In this document: piece by piece, positions 9,669 to 19,557 of the stretch | Numbering within the stretch: position 1 is the stretch's first letter | Layout: every line of letters begins with the position of its first letter | Virus record (IMG/VR): IMGVR_UViG_3300042358_000005 | Coordinates: 54,935 to 118,934 of that record | Reading direction: 5' to 3' (one strand) | Length of the DNA: 64,000 nucleotides | Source: a virus | Lineage: Duplodnaviria; Caudoviricetes | Made by a program: the position numbers and the translations under genes | The notes under the pieces: model-generated | What the model was told of the DNA's origin: nothing | Databases searched by the model: none | The model's input: only the letters and a program-made list of their open reading frames with translations

Positions 9669-12600
9669 ATGAGTGTAATTTGTGCTGCTAATCCTTGCCC
9701 AATATTATTAAGTGCATCCTGTGTATTCTACGAAGGACCTAACTTAATATGTACTGGTATAAATACTAACGAAACCCTTGAATCTGCATTAAAGAAAATT
9801 AATGATAGACTGTGTTCAGGTGCTGGTGCTGATGGAACTAGTGGTACTTCTGGTACCAGTGGAACGTCAGGTACCTCAGGCACTAGTGGAACATCCGCAA
9901 CTTCAGGCACTTCTGGTACCACTGGTACTAGTGGTAGTTCTGGTACTAGTGGTAGTTCTGGAACCTCAGGAACTACTGGAACCAGTGGTACATCTGCTAC
10001 ATCTGGAACTGCTGGAACTTCAGGAGTGCAAGGTGATAGATATAGAACAGTCTCTACAGATTGTTTTACATTAGGTAACTCAGGAACACTTATTGTTGAT
10101 ATAGGATTGTCATACACTCCTGGTCAATCAATTGTTATTGCATACAATGCATTTAATTATCAAGAATCTGTTGTTTTAACATACAATCCTTTTACAGGAG
10201 ATTTAACTTTCACTGCCCCTACATTAGTAGTTGGTGCTGGAAACTATTGTATATGGGATATAAACCTAGATGGAGCAACAGGAGGAGATGGATCTTCTGG
10301 TACTAGTGGAACAAGTGCTACAGCTGGTACAAGCGGTACAACAGGAACTAGTGGTACAACAGGAACTAGTGGTTCTAGTGGAACTTCTGGAAGCTCAGGT
10401 ACATCGGGTACTAGTGGCACATCTGGTAGTTCTGGTACTACTGGAACTTCAGGAACAACAGGAACAAGTGGCTCTGCAGGATCAAGTGGGTCAAGTGGAT
10501 TAAATGGATCTTCTGGAGCTGCTATAGCTAACTGGTTTGCAAGTTATTCTGATAATGGGAATCAACCTATAATAGCTGCAAATACACCTACACCAGTTAC
10601 ATACAATACAACAGAAATAGCAAATGGTATTATTCTAGATGTTAGTCAACAGATTAGATATCCACATGCTAACATATATGAATTTGGATATTCTCTACAA
10701 GTAGAAAAAACTGGTGGCCCAAGTACAGATATAGAGATATGGATTAGAAAGAATGGTAATAACATTGTTAGAACAGATTCTTATTTAAGTATTACAGCTG
10801 ATGGTGTAATACAACTACCATATGTATCTTTTATATTAGAACTATTAGCTAATGATTATTTAGAAATTATATTTTCTTCTACAAGTCAATATGTTCAATT
10901 AACAGCTAAGGCTGCTAAAACTTCTCCATACGCTGCACCAGCAGCACCTTCTGTTATTGTTAATACAAAACAAATAGGTGTAGGTGTAGGTAGTACATCA
11001 GGAACCTCTGGTACTAGTGCCACATCAGGTACTACAGGAACATCAGGTACCTCTGCAACATCAGGTACGTCTGCTACAAGTGGAACTGCTGGAACTAGTG
11101 GAACCTCTGCAACAAGTGGTACTTCAGGTACATCAGGAACTAATGGTTCTGCAGGAACTTCTGGTACTTCTGGAACGTCAGGTACTAGTGGTAGCTCAGG
11201 AACATCAGGAGTAGATGGTACATCAGGTACAAGTGGAATAGATGGATCTAATGGTACGTCAGGTACATCTGGTACAAGCGGTAGTTCTGGATCTTCATCA
11301 ACTAGTGGTACTAGTGGAACAAGTGGAACTACAGGTACATCAGGAAGTTCTGGAAGCTCAGGAAGTTCTGGAACAAGTGGAACTAGCGGTACTAATGGAT
11401 CAGCTGGAACCTCTGGTACATCTGCTACTAGTGGGACTTCTGGTACATCGGGTACCAGTGGGACTTCTGGAACATCAGCCACAAGTGGAACTAGTGGTAC
11501 TAGTGCAACTAGTGGGTCTTCAGGAAGCTCTGGATCCTCTGCTACATCTGGTACATCTGGATATTCTGGAGATAAATATGCTACATCATCTACTACATGT
11601 TACACTATACAAGCACCTCCTGGTACAGGTACTATTACTGTTGATACAGGGCTTGCTTATACATTAGGACAAAGTATAATTATAACTTATTCAGGTGATG
11701 CTTTACAACACAATGAAGCTATCGTTACAGGATATGATCCATTAACTGGTATATTAAACTTTCAAGTGACTGGTCAAACTGGTTCAGGATTATATTGCTC
11801 ATGGTTTGTTAATTTAGATGGTGCAACAGGTGGTGATGGATCAAATGGTACATCAGGTTCTAGTGGTTCTTCAGCTACAAGTGGCACATCTGGAACAACA
11901 GGAACCTCAGGTACTACAGGTACATCAGGATCTAGTGGAACAACTGGTACATCTGGAACAACTGGTACGTCTGGTACGTCTGGTACTAGTGGTACTACAG
12001 GTAGTTCTGGATCATCAGGTATTGATGGTACATCAGGAACTACAGGTACATCTGGTACATCTGCTACTAATGGTACAGGTGGAACTAGTGGAACAAGTGG
12101 AAGCTCTGGTTCTTCTTCTACATCTGGTACATCAGGATCTTCTTCTACGTCTGGTTCTTCAGGTTCTAGTGGAACAAATGGAACAGGTGGAACATCAGGA
12201 TCTAGTGGATCTTCTGGTAGTAGCGCAACTTCAGGTACATCAGGTACATCAGCAATTAATGGAACAGATGGAACTTCTGGAACATCAGGGTCTAGTGGTA
12301 CAGCTGGTACATCTGGAAGTACAGGAACAAGCGGAACTTCAGGAAGTAGTGGTTCTAGTGCAACATCAGGAACATCAGGTACCACAGGTACGTCTGGTTC
12401 AAGTGGAATTAATGGTTCTAATGGAACCTCTGGAACCTCTGGAACCTCTGGTGCAAGTGGTTTAGGATATACAAATCCTGTTGCTGGTCCAACATCTGGA
12501 ACTTGGGTAACAGATTGTTCTTTAGTAGGAACAAATATTTCTTTTTATATATCTGGATCAGAATTAGGTGCATACACTGTAGGTAATTTTGTAAATCTAA

Positions 12601-15600
12601 TTGATACTACATCAGGTAGTACATTCTATTATTATGGTAGAATAACTTTAATACAATTTGCTGGAGGATTTGGATGGGCAATATATGTTGATGTATTAGA
12701 TTGTGGTGGGGTACCAGTTGGATCTCCATCAGGAAATTGGCAAATGCTACTTACAGGAACTGAAGGTTCTTCAGGATCTAGTGGTACATCTGGATCTAGT
12801 GGTACATCTGGAACTAGTGGTATTAATGGTACTAATGGAAGTTCAGGAACTAGTGGTACAACTGGAACATCAGGGTCATCAGGTATCAATATAGGTTCTA
12901 GTGCGGTTATTATATTAGGTGCTGGTGTATGTTCTTCTGTAAGAGATGGAGTTGGTAATACTTCTACTGGTGCGTTTAGTGCTTCTTTAGGAGGTCAAAA
13001 TAATAATGCAACTAATAGTTGTGCGACAATAGCTGGTGGATGTACAAATAATGCAACTGGTCAAGTATCAACAATTGGTGGTGGTCAAAATAACACTGCT
13101 TCTAATTATCAATCAACAGTTGGAGGTGGTAAATCTAACATTGCTTCTGGAGAAAAATCAACAGTTAGTGGTGGTCAATCTAACACTGCTAATGGTAATT
13201 TTGCAACAGTAAGTGGAGGTTTAAGTAATGTAAGTTCTTATGTAGGTACTGTTAGTGGAGGTGTTAACAACAATTCTAGTGCTTATTCTTCAACAATTGG
13301 GGGTGGTAAACAAAACACTGCTTCTGGAGATACATCAATAATAGCTGGTGGTGGTTGTAATACTGCTTCTGGTGGTCGTTCAACAATTGGTGGTGGTTAT
13401 CGAAATGTCGCTTGTAATATTTATTCAACAGTTGCTGGTGGTAATAGTAACTTTGCTTCTGGTAGTCGTTCATTTATTGGTGGTGGTTTTTCAAATACTG
13501 CTTCTAATAGTTATTCAACAATTACTGGTGGTAATGGTAATATTGCTTCTGGTATTCGTGCAACAATTGGTGGAGGACAAGAAAATTCTGCTTCTAATTC
13601 TTGTTCAACAGTCAGTGGTGGTCTTTTTAACATTGCTTCTGGTTTTAATTCATTTGTAGGTGGTGGTAAAGGAAATGTTGCTTCTAGTGATTGTTCAACA
13701 GTTAGTGGTGGTTATAAAAACTGTGCAACTCAGAATTATTCAACAATTGGAGGTGGTAGATATAATTTTATTTCAACTCGTTTGTCAACAATTGGTGGTG
13801 GATGTTCTAATAGATTAGCTGGTAATCATTGTTTTGGTACTATCGGTGGTGGATATTGTAATTTTGTAAAAGGACAATATGGTAGTTATAATAGTAAAGC
13901 ATCAACTATTAGTGGAGGAAGAAATAATTATACCTGTGGTTCATATATTAGCATTAGTGGTGGATTACGAAATTGTGCAACTGGTGCTTGTTCAACTATT
14001 GGTGGTGGTAAATGTAATGTTACAAGTTACGCTGGTTCAACAATAAGTGGTGGTTCTTATAATATTGCTTCTAATAGTTATTCAACAGTTGGAGGAGGAT
14101 ATTGTAACACTGCATCTGGTAATGATTCAATAGTAGGAGGTGGTAATAGTAATACTGCTTCTGCTTGTAGTTCAACAATTGGTGGTGGTCGTAGCAATAC
14201 TGCTACTAATTATTTTGCCACAATTGGTGGTGGTCAACAAAACATTGCTTCTGGTCTTTATTCAGCAGTTGGTGGAGGTCAAGCTAATACTGCTTCTGGT
14301 TCTCGTTCAACAATTGGTGGTGGTGTTGCTAACACTGCTTCTGGTTATCGTTCAACAATAGGGGGTGGTTATAGTAATACTGCTTCTGCTTATCATTCAA
14401 CAATTGGTGGGGGTAAAACTAATACTGCTTCTGGCATCCGTTCAACAGTTAGTGGTGGATATAGTAATATTGCTTATAATTTTAGTTCAACAGTTGGAGG
14501 TGGTCAATATAATAATGCTTCTGGTATAGGTTCAACAGTAAGTGGTGGCGGAGTGAATTATTATAATTTTAGTTATTATAGTGCTGGTAATAGTGCTTTT
14601 GGAAATTCTTCAACAATTGGCGGTGGTCTTTTTAATATTGCTTCTGGATGTAGTTCTTTTATTGGTGGTGGTTGTAGCAACACTGCTTCTGCTAATAGTT
14701 CAACAATAAGTGGTGGTCAAAGCAACACTTCTTCTAGTAATTTTTCAACAGTTGGTGGTGGTGTAATTAACACTGCTTCTAATCCTTATTCAACAGTTAG
14801 TGGTGGTTTACAAAACACTGCTTCTGGTAATTCTTCAACAGTAGGTGGTGGTAGAAATAATATTGCATCTGGTATTCAATCAGCAATTGGTGGGGGTTGT
14901 CAAAATACTGCTTCTGCAACTTATTCAACTGTTGGTGGTGGTAAATATAATACTAACAATAGTCAGTATTCTACAATTTCTGGTGGTTGTGGTAATATAA
15001 TTCCAAATACACAAAATAATAGAAACACTATTGGTGGTGGAGTTTGTAATGTAATGATAGCTAATACAAGTGGTGCTACAATTAGTGGTGGTAGAGCTAA
15101 TACTATAAGTAGTGGTAGTGGTAGTTGTTATATGACTATTAGTGGTGGTTGTTGTAATACTATTACTTCTGGTACTGCATCAACTATTGGAGGTGGGAAA
15201 TGTAATACTACTTCGGCTTTTAGTGCAACAGTTAGTGGTGGATATAGTAATACTGCTTCTGCTGGTCGTGCAACAGTTGGAGGTGGTAGTAATAATGTTG
15301 CTTCTGTTTATTGGGCAACAGTTGGAGGTGGTAATGCAAACAATGCTTGTGGTCAATCTTCAACAATAGGCGGTGGAACTTCTAATATTGCTTCTAGTAA
15401 TTATTCAATAGTTGGTGGTGGTTATTCTAATGATGCTACTAATTCTTTTGCAATAGTTGGTGGTGGTAATGCAAACACTGCTTCTGGTAGTCGTTCTACA
15501 ATAAGTGGTGGTCAATCAAATACTGCTTCTTCTTCTTATTCAACAATAGGAGGTGGTTTAAATAATATTGGTTCTGGTTGTTTCTCAACAATTAGTGGAG

Positions 15601-16568
15601 GTCAAGGCAATACTGCTTCTGGTACTCTTTCAAATACTGGAGGTGGTTTTTGCAACATTGCTTCTGGTAGTCTTTCAACAATTGGTGGTGGTCAATGTAA
15701 CAGAAATTGTTCTGACTATTCAATAATTGGCGGTGGTGTAAGTAATTGTACAGATTACGGATGTTTGAATACCATTAGTGGTGGTATGACAAATAGAATG
15801 ATTCATAATACCAATAGTATTATTGGGGGAGGTCAGAATAACTCAATTTGTGGAAATATTGCTAATTCTTCTTATACTCGTGGTAATTCTATTTTGGGAG
15901 GTTATAATAACGCTATAAACAATATAAGTTACGCTACGGAATCTCAAAATAATACAATAACTGGCGGAATATCCAATAGTATATTTGCATATAATTCTGC
16001 ATATACCTGTTCTAATTTTATTGGTGGTGGTAAGAGTAATGCAATTTGTTCTTCAAGTAGTGATAAAGCCAGTTATAATTCTATTATAGGTGGTAGAAGT
16101 AATAATATAACTGGTTTTTGTAACTCACATATTATTGGTAGTTACCTTTCTGTAACTGCCAATGACACAACATTTGTTCAAGCATTATCAAAAACAAGTG
16201 GTACGTTTAGAATTAAGCACCCAGAACCTATAAAAAACAAAACGCATTACTTACAACACTCGTTTGTTGAATCGCCTACTGCTGGAGATAATATTTATAG
16301 ATATGTTGTTAAAGTAGTAGATGGTGTTGCTGAAATTGAATTGCCAGAGTATTTCAAATTCCTAAATGAAAACACTCAAATTTGGGTAACGCCCAAAGAA
16401 GGTTTTGGAATTGCTTATGGAAAAGTAGATGAAAATTTAAAAAAAGTAACTATATTTGCTAACGAGGATTTAGAATATAACGTTCTTATCATAGGAACAA
16501 GAAAAGATAAAGATGCTATTGAAAATTGGAATGGTATTGAAATATTACAAAATAAAATAAATAAATAA
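9669..16568 (+). CDS. Giant repetitive fibre/spike protein: Gly-X-Y (GTS/GSS) tracts, C1q/BclA-like domain, 15-aa beta-helix repeats, C-terminal fibre domain
   Basis: 2299 aa with long (GTS)n runs, dozens of GGGxxNxASGxxSTI repeats and a C-terminal KTSGTFRIKHP...LQHSFVESP domain; lies in the virion gene block. Confidence 0.8.
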   Translation: MSVICAANPCPILLSASCVFYEGPNLICTGINTNETLESALKKINDRLCSGAGADGTSGTSGTSGTSGTSGTSGTSATSGTSGTTGTSGSSGTSGSSGTSGTTGTSGTSATSGTAGTSGVQGDRYRTVSTDCFTLGNSGTLIVDIGLSYTPGQSIVIAYNAFNYQESVVLTYNPFTGDLTFTAPTLVVGAGNYCIWDINLDGATGGDGSSGTSGTSATAGTSGTTGTSGTTGTSGSSGTSGSSGTSGTSGTSGSSGTTGTSGTTGTSGSAGSSGSSGLNGSSGAAIANWFASYSDNGNQPIIAANTPTPVTYNTTEIANGIILDVSQQIRYPHANIYEFGYSLQVEKTGGPSTDIEIWIRKNGNNIVRTDSYLSITADGVIQLPYVSFILELLANDYLEIIFSSTSQYVQLTAKAAKTSPYAAPAAPSVIVNTKQIGVGVGSTSGTSGTSATSGTTGTSGTSATSGTSATSGTAGTSGTSATSGTSGTSGTNGSAGTSGTSGTSGTSGSSGTSGVDGTSGTSGIDGSNGTSGTSGTSGSSGSSSTSGTSGTSGTTGTSGSSGSSGSSGTSGTSGTNGSAGTSGTSATSGTSGTSGTSGTSGTSATSGTSGTSATSGSSGSSGSSATSGTSGYSGDKYATSSTTCYTIQAPPGTGTITVDTGLAYTLGQSIIITYSGDALQHNEAIVTGYDPLTGILNFQVTGQTGSGLYCSWFVNLDGATGGDGSNGTSGSSGSSATSGTSGTTGTSGTTGTSGSSGTTGTSGTTGTSGTSGTSGTTGSSGSSGIDGTSGTTGTSGTSATNGTGGTSGTSGSSGSSSTSGTSGSSSTSGSSGSSGTNGTGGTSGSSGSSGSSATSGTSGTSAINGTDGTSGTSGSSGTAGTSGSTGTSGTSGSSGSSATSGTSGTTGTSGSSGINGSNGTSGTSGTSGASGLGYTNPVAGPTSGTWVTDCSLVGTNISFYISGSELGAYTVGNFVNLIDTTSGSTFYYYGRITLIQFAGGFGWAIYVDVLDCGGVPVGSPSGNWQMLLTGTEGSSGSSGTSGSSGTSGTSGINGTNGSSGTSGTTGTSGSSGINIGSSAVIILGAGVCSSVRDGVGNTSTGAFSASLGGQNNNATNSCATIAGGCTNNATGQVSTIGGGQNNTASNYQSTVGGGKSNIASGEKSTVSGGQSNTANGNFATVSGGLSNVSSYVGTVSGGVNNNSSAYSSTIGGGKQNTASGDTSIIAGGGCNTASGGRSTIGGGYRNVACNIYSTVAGGNSNFASGSRSFIGGGFSNTASNSYSTITGGNGNIASGIRATIGGGQENSASNSCSTVSGGLFNIASGFNSFVGGGKGNVASSDCSTVSGGYKNCATQNYSTIGGGRYNFISTRLSTIGGGCSNRLAGNHCFGTIGGGYCNFVKGQYGSYNSKASTISGGRNNYTCGSYISISGGLRNCATGACSTIGGGKCNVTSYAGSTISGGSYNIASNSYSTVGGGYCNTASGNDSIVGGGNSNTASACSSTIGGGRSNTATNYFATIGGGQQNIASGLYSAVGGGQANTASGSRSTIGGGVANTASGYRSTIGGGYSNTASAYHSTIGGGKTNTASGIRSTVSGGYSNIAYNFSSTVGGGQYNNASGIGSTVSGGGVNYYNFSYYSAGNSAFGNSSTIGGGLFNIASGCSSFIGGGCSNTASANSSTISGGQSNTSSSNFSTVGGGVINTASNPYSTVSGGLQNTASGNSSTVGGGRNNIASGIQSAIGGGCQNTASATYSTVGGGKYNTNNSQYSTISGGCGNIIPNTQNNRNTIGGGVCNVMIANTSGATISGGRANTISSGSGSCYMTISGGCCNTITSGTASTIGGGKCNTTSAFSATVSGGYSNTASAGRATVGGGSNNVASVYWATVGGGNANNACGQSSTIGGGTSNIASSNYSIVGGGYSNDATNSFAIVGGGNANTASGSRSTISGGQSNTASSSYSTIGGGLNNIGSGCFSTISGGQGNTASGTLSNTGGGFCNIASGSLSTIGGGQCNRNCSDYSIIGGGVSNCTDYGCLNTISGGMTNRMIHNTNSIIGGGQNNSICGNIANSSYTRGNSILGGYNNAINNISYATESQNNTITGGISNSIFAYNSAYTCSNFIGGGKSNAICSSSSDKASYNSIIGGRSNNITGFCNSHIIGSYLSVTANDTTFVQALSKTSGTFRIKHPEPIKNKTHYLQHSFVESPTAGDNIYRYVVKVVDGVAEIELPEYFKFLNENTQIWVTPKEGFGIAYGKVDENLKKVTIFANEDLEYNVLIIGTRKDKDAIENWNGIEILQNKINK
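9831..12890 (+). repeat. Gly-Thr-Ser / Gly-Ser-Ser triplet repeat tracts, interrupted by globular domains
   Basis: Degenerate 9-nt coding repeats (ggtacttct/ggaacatca etc.) with Gly at every third codon. Confidence 0.9.
12960..16140 (+). repeat. ~45-nt (15-aa) coding repeat, consensus GGGxxNxASGxxSTI
   Basis: tcaacaattggtggtggt...aatactgcttctggt units recur throughout the C-terminal half of the fibre. Confidence 0.9.
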
Positions 16569-16573
16569 ATAAA

Positions 16574-16900
16574 ATGGAAAATTTCACAATTCACATCTTC
16601 GGTTACGGAGAAACACAAATCAATTCAAAAGATTTGTCAGTAAAAGTATCAACTGATACATTAACAACAGTAACGCCTTTAGTGGCTGGAATATTTGCTA
16701 AAAAACCAGCAGATAATCCAACTGTAATTACAGACTTTCACGCTATTAACCTATTTGGTTATAACGATGTTCGTTGGACTGCAAAAGATAGCTTTAACGT
16801 AAAAGATGATGCTGACTTAAAACCACTTATCGATGCTTTAATTGCTGAATTGCAAAAAGCAAAAGACACAACTACTACCACAACTACAATATTGGTATAG
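16574..16900 (+). CDS. Small hypothetical protein with C-terminal poly-Thr tail
   Basis: 108 aa ending KDTTTTTTTILV; follows the fibre gene. Confidence 0.75.
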   Translation: MENFTIHIFGYGETQINSKDLSVKVSTDTLTTVTPLVAGIFAKKPADNPTVITDFHAINLFGYNDVRWTAKDSFNVKDDADLKPLIDALIAELQKAKDTTTTTTTILV

Positions 16901-16917
16901 TGTTCTAGATTTATTAA

Positions 16918-16954
16918 GAAAAAGGTAAGATTTTTATTAGTCTTACCTTTTTTT
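16918..16954 (+). terminator. Rho-independent terminator
   Basis: AAAAGGTAAGA-loop-TCTTACCTTTT stem followed by a T run. Confidence 0.8.
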
Positions 16955-16957
16955 GTT

Positions 16958-16965
16958 TATCTTTG
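16958..16965 (+). promoter_or_regulatory. Bacteroidota sigma70-type -7 promoter element (TATCTTTG) for the sulfation operon
   Basis: TAnnTTTG about 20 nt upstream of ATG 16985. Confidence 0.55.
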
Positions 16966-16984
16966 TATATAAAATCAATTAGTT

Positions 16985-17806
16985 ATGAAGAAAAGAATTT
17001 TATTTAACTCCTCTCTTCCTAGAGCAGGATCAACTCTTCTGCAAAATATTATTGCAGATAACCCAGACTTTCATTGTACACCTACATCAGGATTCTTAGA
17101 TCTTATATTAGGTGCAAAGCAAAGTTATAATAACTCATCAGAAGTAAAAGCACAAGATGCTGAACTAATGAAGAATGCTTTTGTAGGGTTTTGTCATAAT
17201 GCTATGGATGGATATTTTAATGCTCTAACAGATAAACCTATTGTCTTAGATAAGAATAGAGGTTGGGGAATACATATTAATCTAGCTAGTGAGTTCATGG
17301 TGTCTCCTAAAGTGGTATGTATGATTAGAGATGTAAGAGCTGTATATTCTTCTATGGAGAAAAACTTTCGTAAGAATCCTACACAAGAGAATCATGTTCA
17401 AAATCCTAATCAATTAGTAGGTACTACTCTTCAAAAGAGAATTAACATATGGGCTGATGGACCACCAGTAGGTATATCTATGGATAGACTAAAAGATGTA
17501 TTTGATCAGGGAATAGATAAGAAGATATTATTTATTCGTTATGAAGATTTAATGGACTTTCCTGAACAAGAGATGAGACGCTTCTATGAGTATATGGAAC
17601 TTCCATATTATGAAGGACACAACTTTGAAACTGTTACACAGCATACACATGAAAATGATGCTATACATGGAATATATGGTGATCATAAACTAAGAACAAA
17701 GTTTGAAAGAAAGCCTGATGATTTTGAAGAAATCTTAGGATTTGAAATATGTCAATCAATTAAAAACACTTATCCTTGGTTCTTTACCAAATTTGGATAC
17801 GTATAA
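16985..17806 (+). CDS. PAPS-dependent sulfotransferase (Sulfotransfer_3-like)
   Basis: 5'-PSB motif SSLPRAGSTLLQN, 3'-PB motif IRDVRAVYSS, and RYEDL. Confidence 0.9.
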   Translation: MKKRILFNSSLPRAGSTLLQNIIADNPDFHCTPTSGFLDLILGAKQSYNNSSEVKAQDAELMKNAFVGFCHNAMDGYFNALTDKPIVLDKNRGWGIHINLASEFMVSPKVVCMIRDVRAVYSSMEKNFRKNPTQENHVQNPNQLVGTTLQKRINIWADGPPVGISMDRLKDVFDQGIDKKILFIRYEDLMDFPEQEMRRFYEYMELPYYEGHNFETVTQHTHENDAIHGIYGDHKLRTKFERKPDDFEEILGFEICQSIKNTYPWFFTKFGYV

Positions 17807-17816
17807 ATCAACCAAT

Positions 17817-18686
17817 ATGAATATAATATTTGATATATCAGGAGGCTTAGGAAAGAATGTTCTTTCTACAGCTGTATTAAAAGCTATTAAGACTAAACAT
17901 CCTAAAGCAAACGTAATTGTTCTTACATCTTATCCAGATGTGTTTATTGGTAATCCAAATGTAAACAAGGTGATAGTTCATGGAACCACATTAGGTCTTT
18001 ATAAAGATTACATAATGGGTAAGGACACAAAGATTTTTATTACAGATCCTTATACATGCTCTGATTACTTAACAGAATCAAAACATCTAATTGAAATATG
18101 GTGTAAACTATGTGAGGTGCCATATAATAATGAATTACCTGAGCTTTTTATATCTAAAACAGAAATAGAATACTTTGCTCCATTCTATAAATTAGATAAA
18201 CCTATTCTTGCTATACAACCTAATGGTGGTCCTCAAGATCAACCATTAAAATATAGTTGGACAAGAGACATTCCTTCTCCAGTAATTAATGATGTAATAC
18301 AACATTACAAAAAGAAATATACAATTGTACACATTAAACGTGATGATCAACCAATCTACGATGATACAGTAGGAGCTCTTGATTCATTTAGAAGTATAGC
18401 TGTTCTATTATCATTATCAGAAAGAAGACTTCTTATTGATTCATCAGCTATGCATATTGCTATAGCTCTAGGACTTCCAAGTGTTGTATGTTGGATAGGA
18501 ACAAATTCAAAGGTGTTTGGATATGAAATGAATACTAATATAGATGCTAATGCTCCAGACAAAGAATTAAACTTAGATCATCCATATTTACAAAGACTTC
18601 CATTGTTTGAAGATATCTCTAGATGTCCATATACAGAACTAGGAAGTATATTCAATAGCGAAGACATAATTAAAGCATTGAAATAA
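17817..18686 (+). CDS. GT-B glycosyltransferase, GT9 (ADP-heptose transferase-like)
   Basis: GGLGKNV N-terminal loop and IDSSAMHIAIALG motif. Start reassigned to ATG 17817 to avoid a long overlap. Confidence 0.8.
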   Translation: MNIIFDISGGLGKNVLSTAVLKAIKTKHPKANVIVLTSYPDVFIGNPNVNKVIVHGTTLGLYKDYIMGKDTKIFITDPYTCSDYLTESKHLIEIWCKLCEVPYNNELPELFISKTEIEYFAPFYKLDKPILAIQPNGGPQDQPLKYSWTRDIPSPVINDVIQHYKKKYTIVHIKRDDQPIYDDTVGALDSFRSIAVLLSLSERRLLIDSSAMHIAIALGLPSVVCWIGTNSKVFGYEMNTNIDANAPDKELNLDHPYLQRLPLFEDISRCPYTELGSIFNSEDIIKALK

Positions 18687-19126
18687 TGGCAGTATATTGG
18701 TTTACAGGACAGCCTTCACATGGTAAAACAGTTTTGGCTAAATTGCTAAAAGAAGAACTACAGAAATACGATAGAGTTTTTCATATAGATGGTGATGATC
18801 TTAGAGCTCTTACATTAAACAAAGACTTCTCTGAACAAGGAAGAATAGATAATGTCAAAGGTGCACAAAAAATAGCACATTATTTACATAATAAAGATTA
18901 TACAGTGGTAGTTTCACTCATTGCTCCATATAGATGGCAGAGAGAAGAACTAAAAACTATGCTTGGTGCAGATCTTGTAGAACTATATGTTCATACAACA
19001 GAACCAAGAGAAAGAGATCATTTTAGTGTAAAAGATTATGAAGCTCCCTTAGAGAACTTTATAGATGTAGACACTACAGATGATACACCAGAAGAATCAT
19101 TTGCTAAAATTTTAAAACTAATATAA
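18686..19126 (+). CDS. cysC: Adenylylsulfate (APS) kinase
   Basis: VYWFTGQPSHGKT P-loop, IDGDDLR, FSEQGRIDNV, LIAPY and YEAP motifs. Confidence 0.9.
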   Translation: MAVYWFTGQPSHGKTVLAKLLKEELQKYDRVFHIDGDDLRALTLNKDFSEQGRIDNVKGAQKIAHYLHNKDYTVVVSLIAPYRWQREELKTMLGADLVELYVHTTEPRERDHFSVKDYEAPLENFIDVDTTDDTPEESFAKILKLI

Positions 19127-19557
19127 TGGGATGGAGTAAAAAAGTGCATGTAGAATCTTCTATGCAACCAAAAGATTCACAATATGCAATGTTTGTAGGA
19201 AGATGGCAACCTTTACATGAAGGTCATGTAAAACTTTTTCAACAAGCAGTATTAGAGGGTAAAAATCTTTTAATATGTGTAAGAGATGGAGAGGTTAATG
19301 ATAAAAACCCTTATACGTCAAAACAAGTAAAAAAAGCAATAAAGGGCATGAGTAAAAATTGGTGGACAGAGGATATTTTACCTTTAATAGATAAATTAAA
19401 ACCAAAAGTAAAAGTAATAATAATACCTGATATTTGCTCGGTTGAATTTGGAAGAGGTGTTGGTTATGATATAATAGAGCATATACCGCCTACAGAGATA
19501 GCAGAGATATCAGCTACAAAGGTTAGAGAACAAATGCGTAAAGATGGTGAGTTATGA
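19126..19557 (+). CDS. HIGH-class (cytidylyltransferase-like) nucleotidyltransferase; possible ATP sulfurylase
   Basis: GRWQPLHEGH and C-terminal ISATKVR motifs; translationally coupled to cysC. Confidence 0.8.
   Translation: MGWSKKVHVESSMQPKDSQYAMFVGRWQPLHEGHVKLFQQAVLEGKNLLICVRDGEVNDKNPYTSKQVKKAIKGMSKNWWTEDILPLIDKLKPKVKVIIIPDICSVEFGRGVGYDIIEHIPPTEIAEISATKVREQMRKDGEL

Noticed and set aside
9728-15369. Val/Pro/Leu-rich overlapping ORFs in the track (VPEVPLVP..., LVVLQE...)
   Set aside because: These are shadow frames of the stop-poor GTS and GGG repeat tracts of the fibre gene.
9669-16900. Diversity-generating retroelement acting on the fibre
   Set aside because: No reverse transcriptase and no TR/VR pair differing at adenines were seen in the window.
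17742-17816. Upstream TTG start for the GT9-like gene
   Set aside because: It overlaps the sulfotransferase by 65 nt; ATG 17817 gives a typical GT-B N-terminus.
18686-19557. Host-derived assimilatory sulfate reduction module
   Set aside because: No cysH, cysIJ or cysK in the window; coupling to a sulfotransferase points to sulfation instead.
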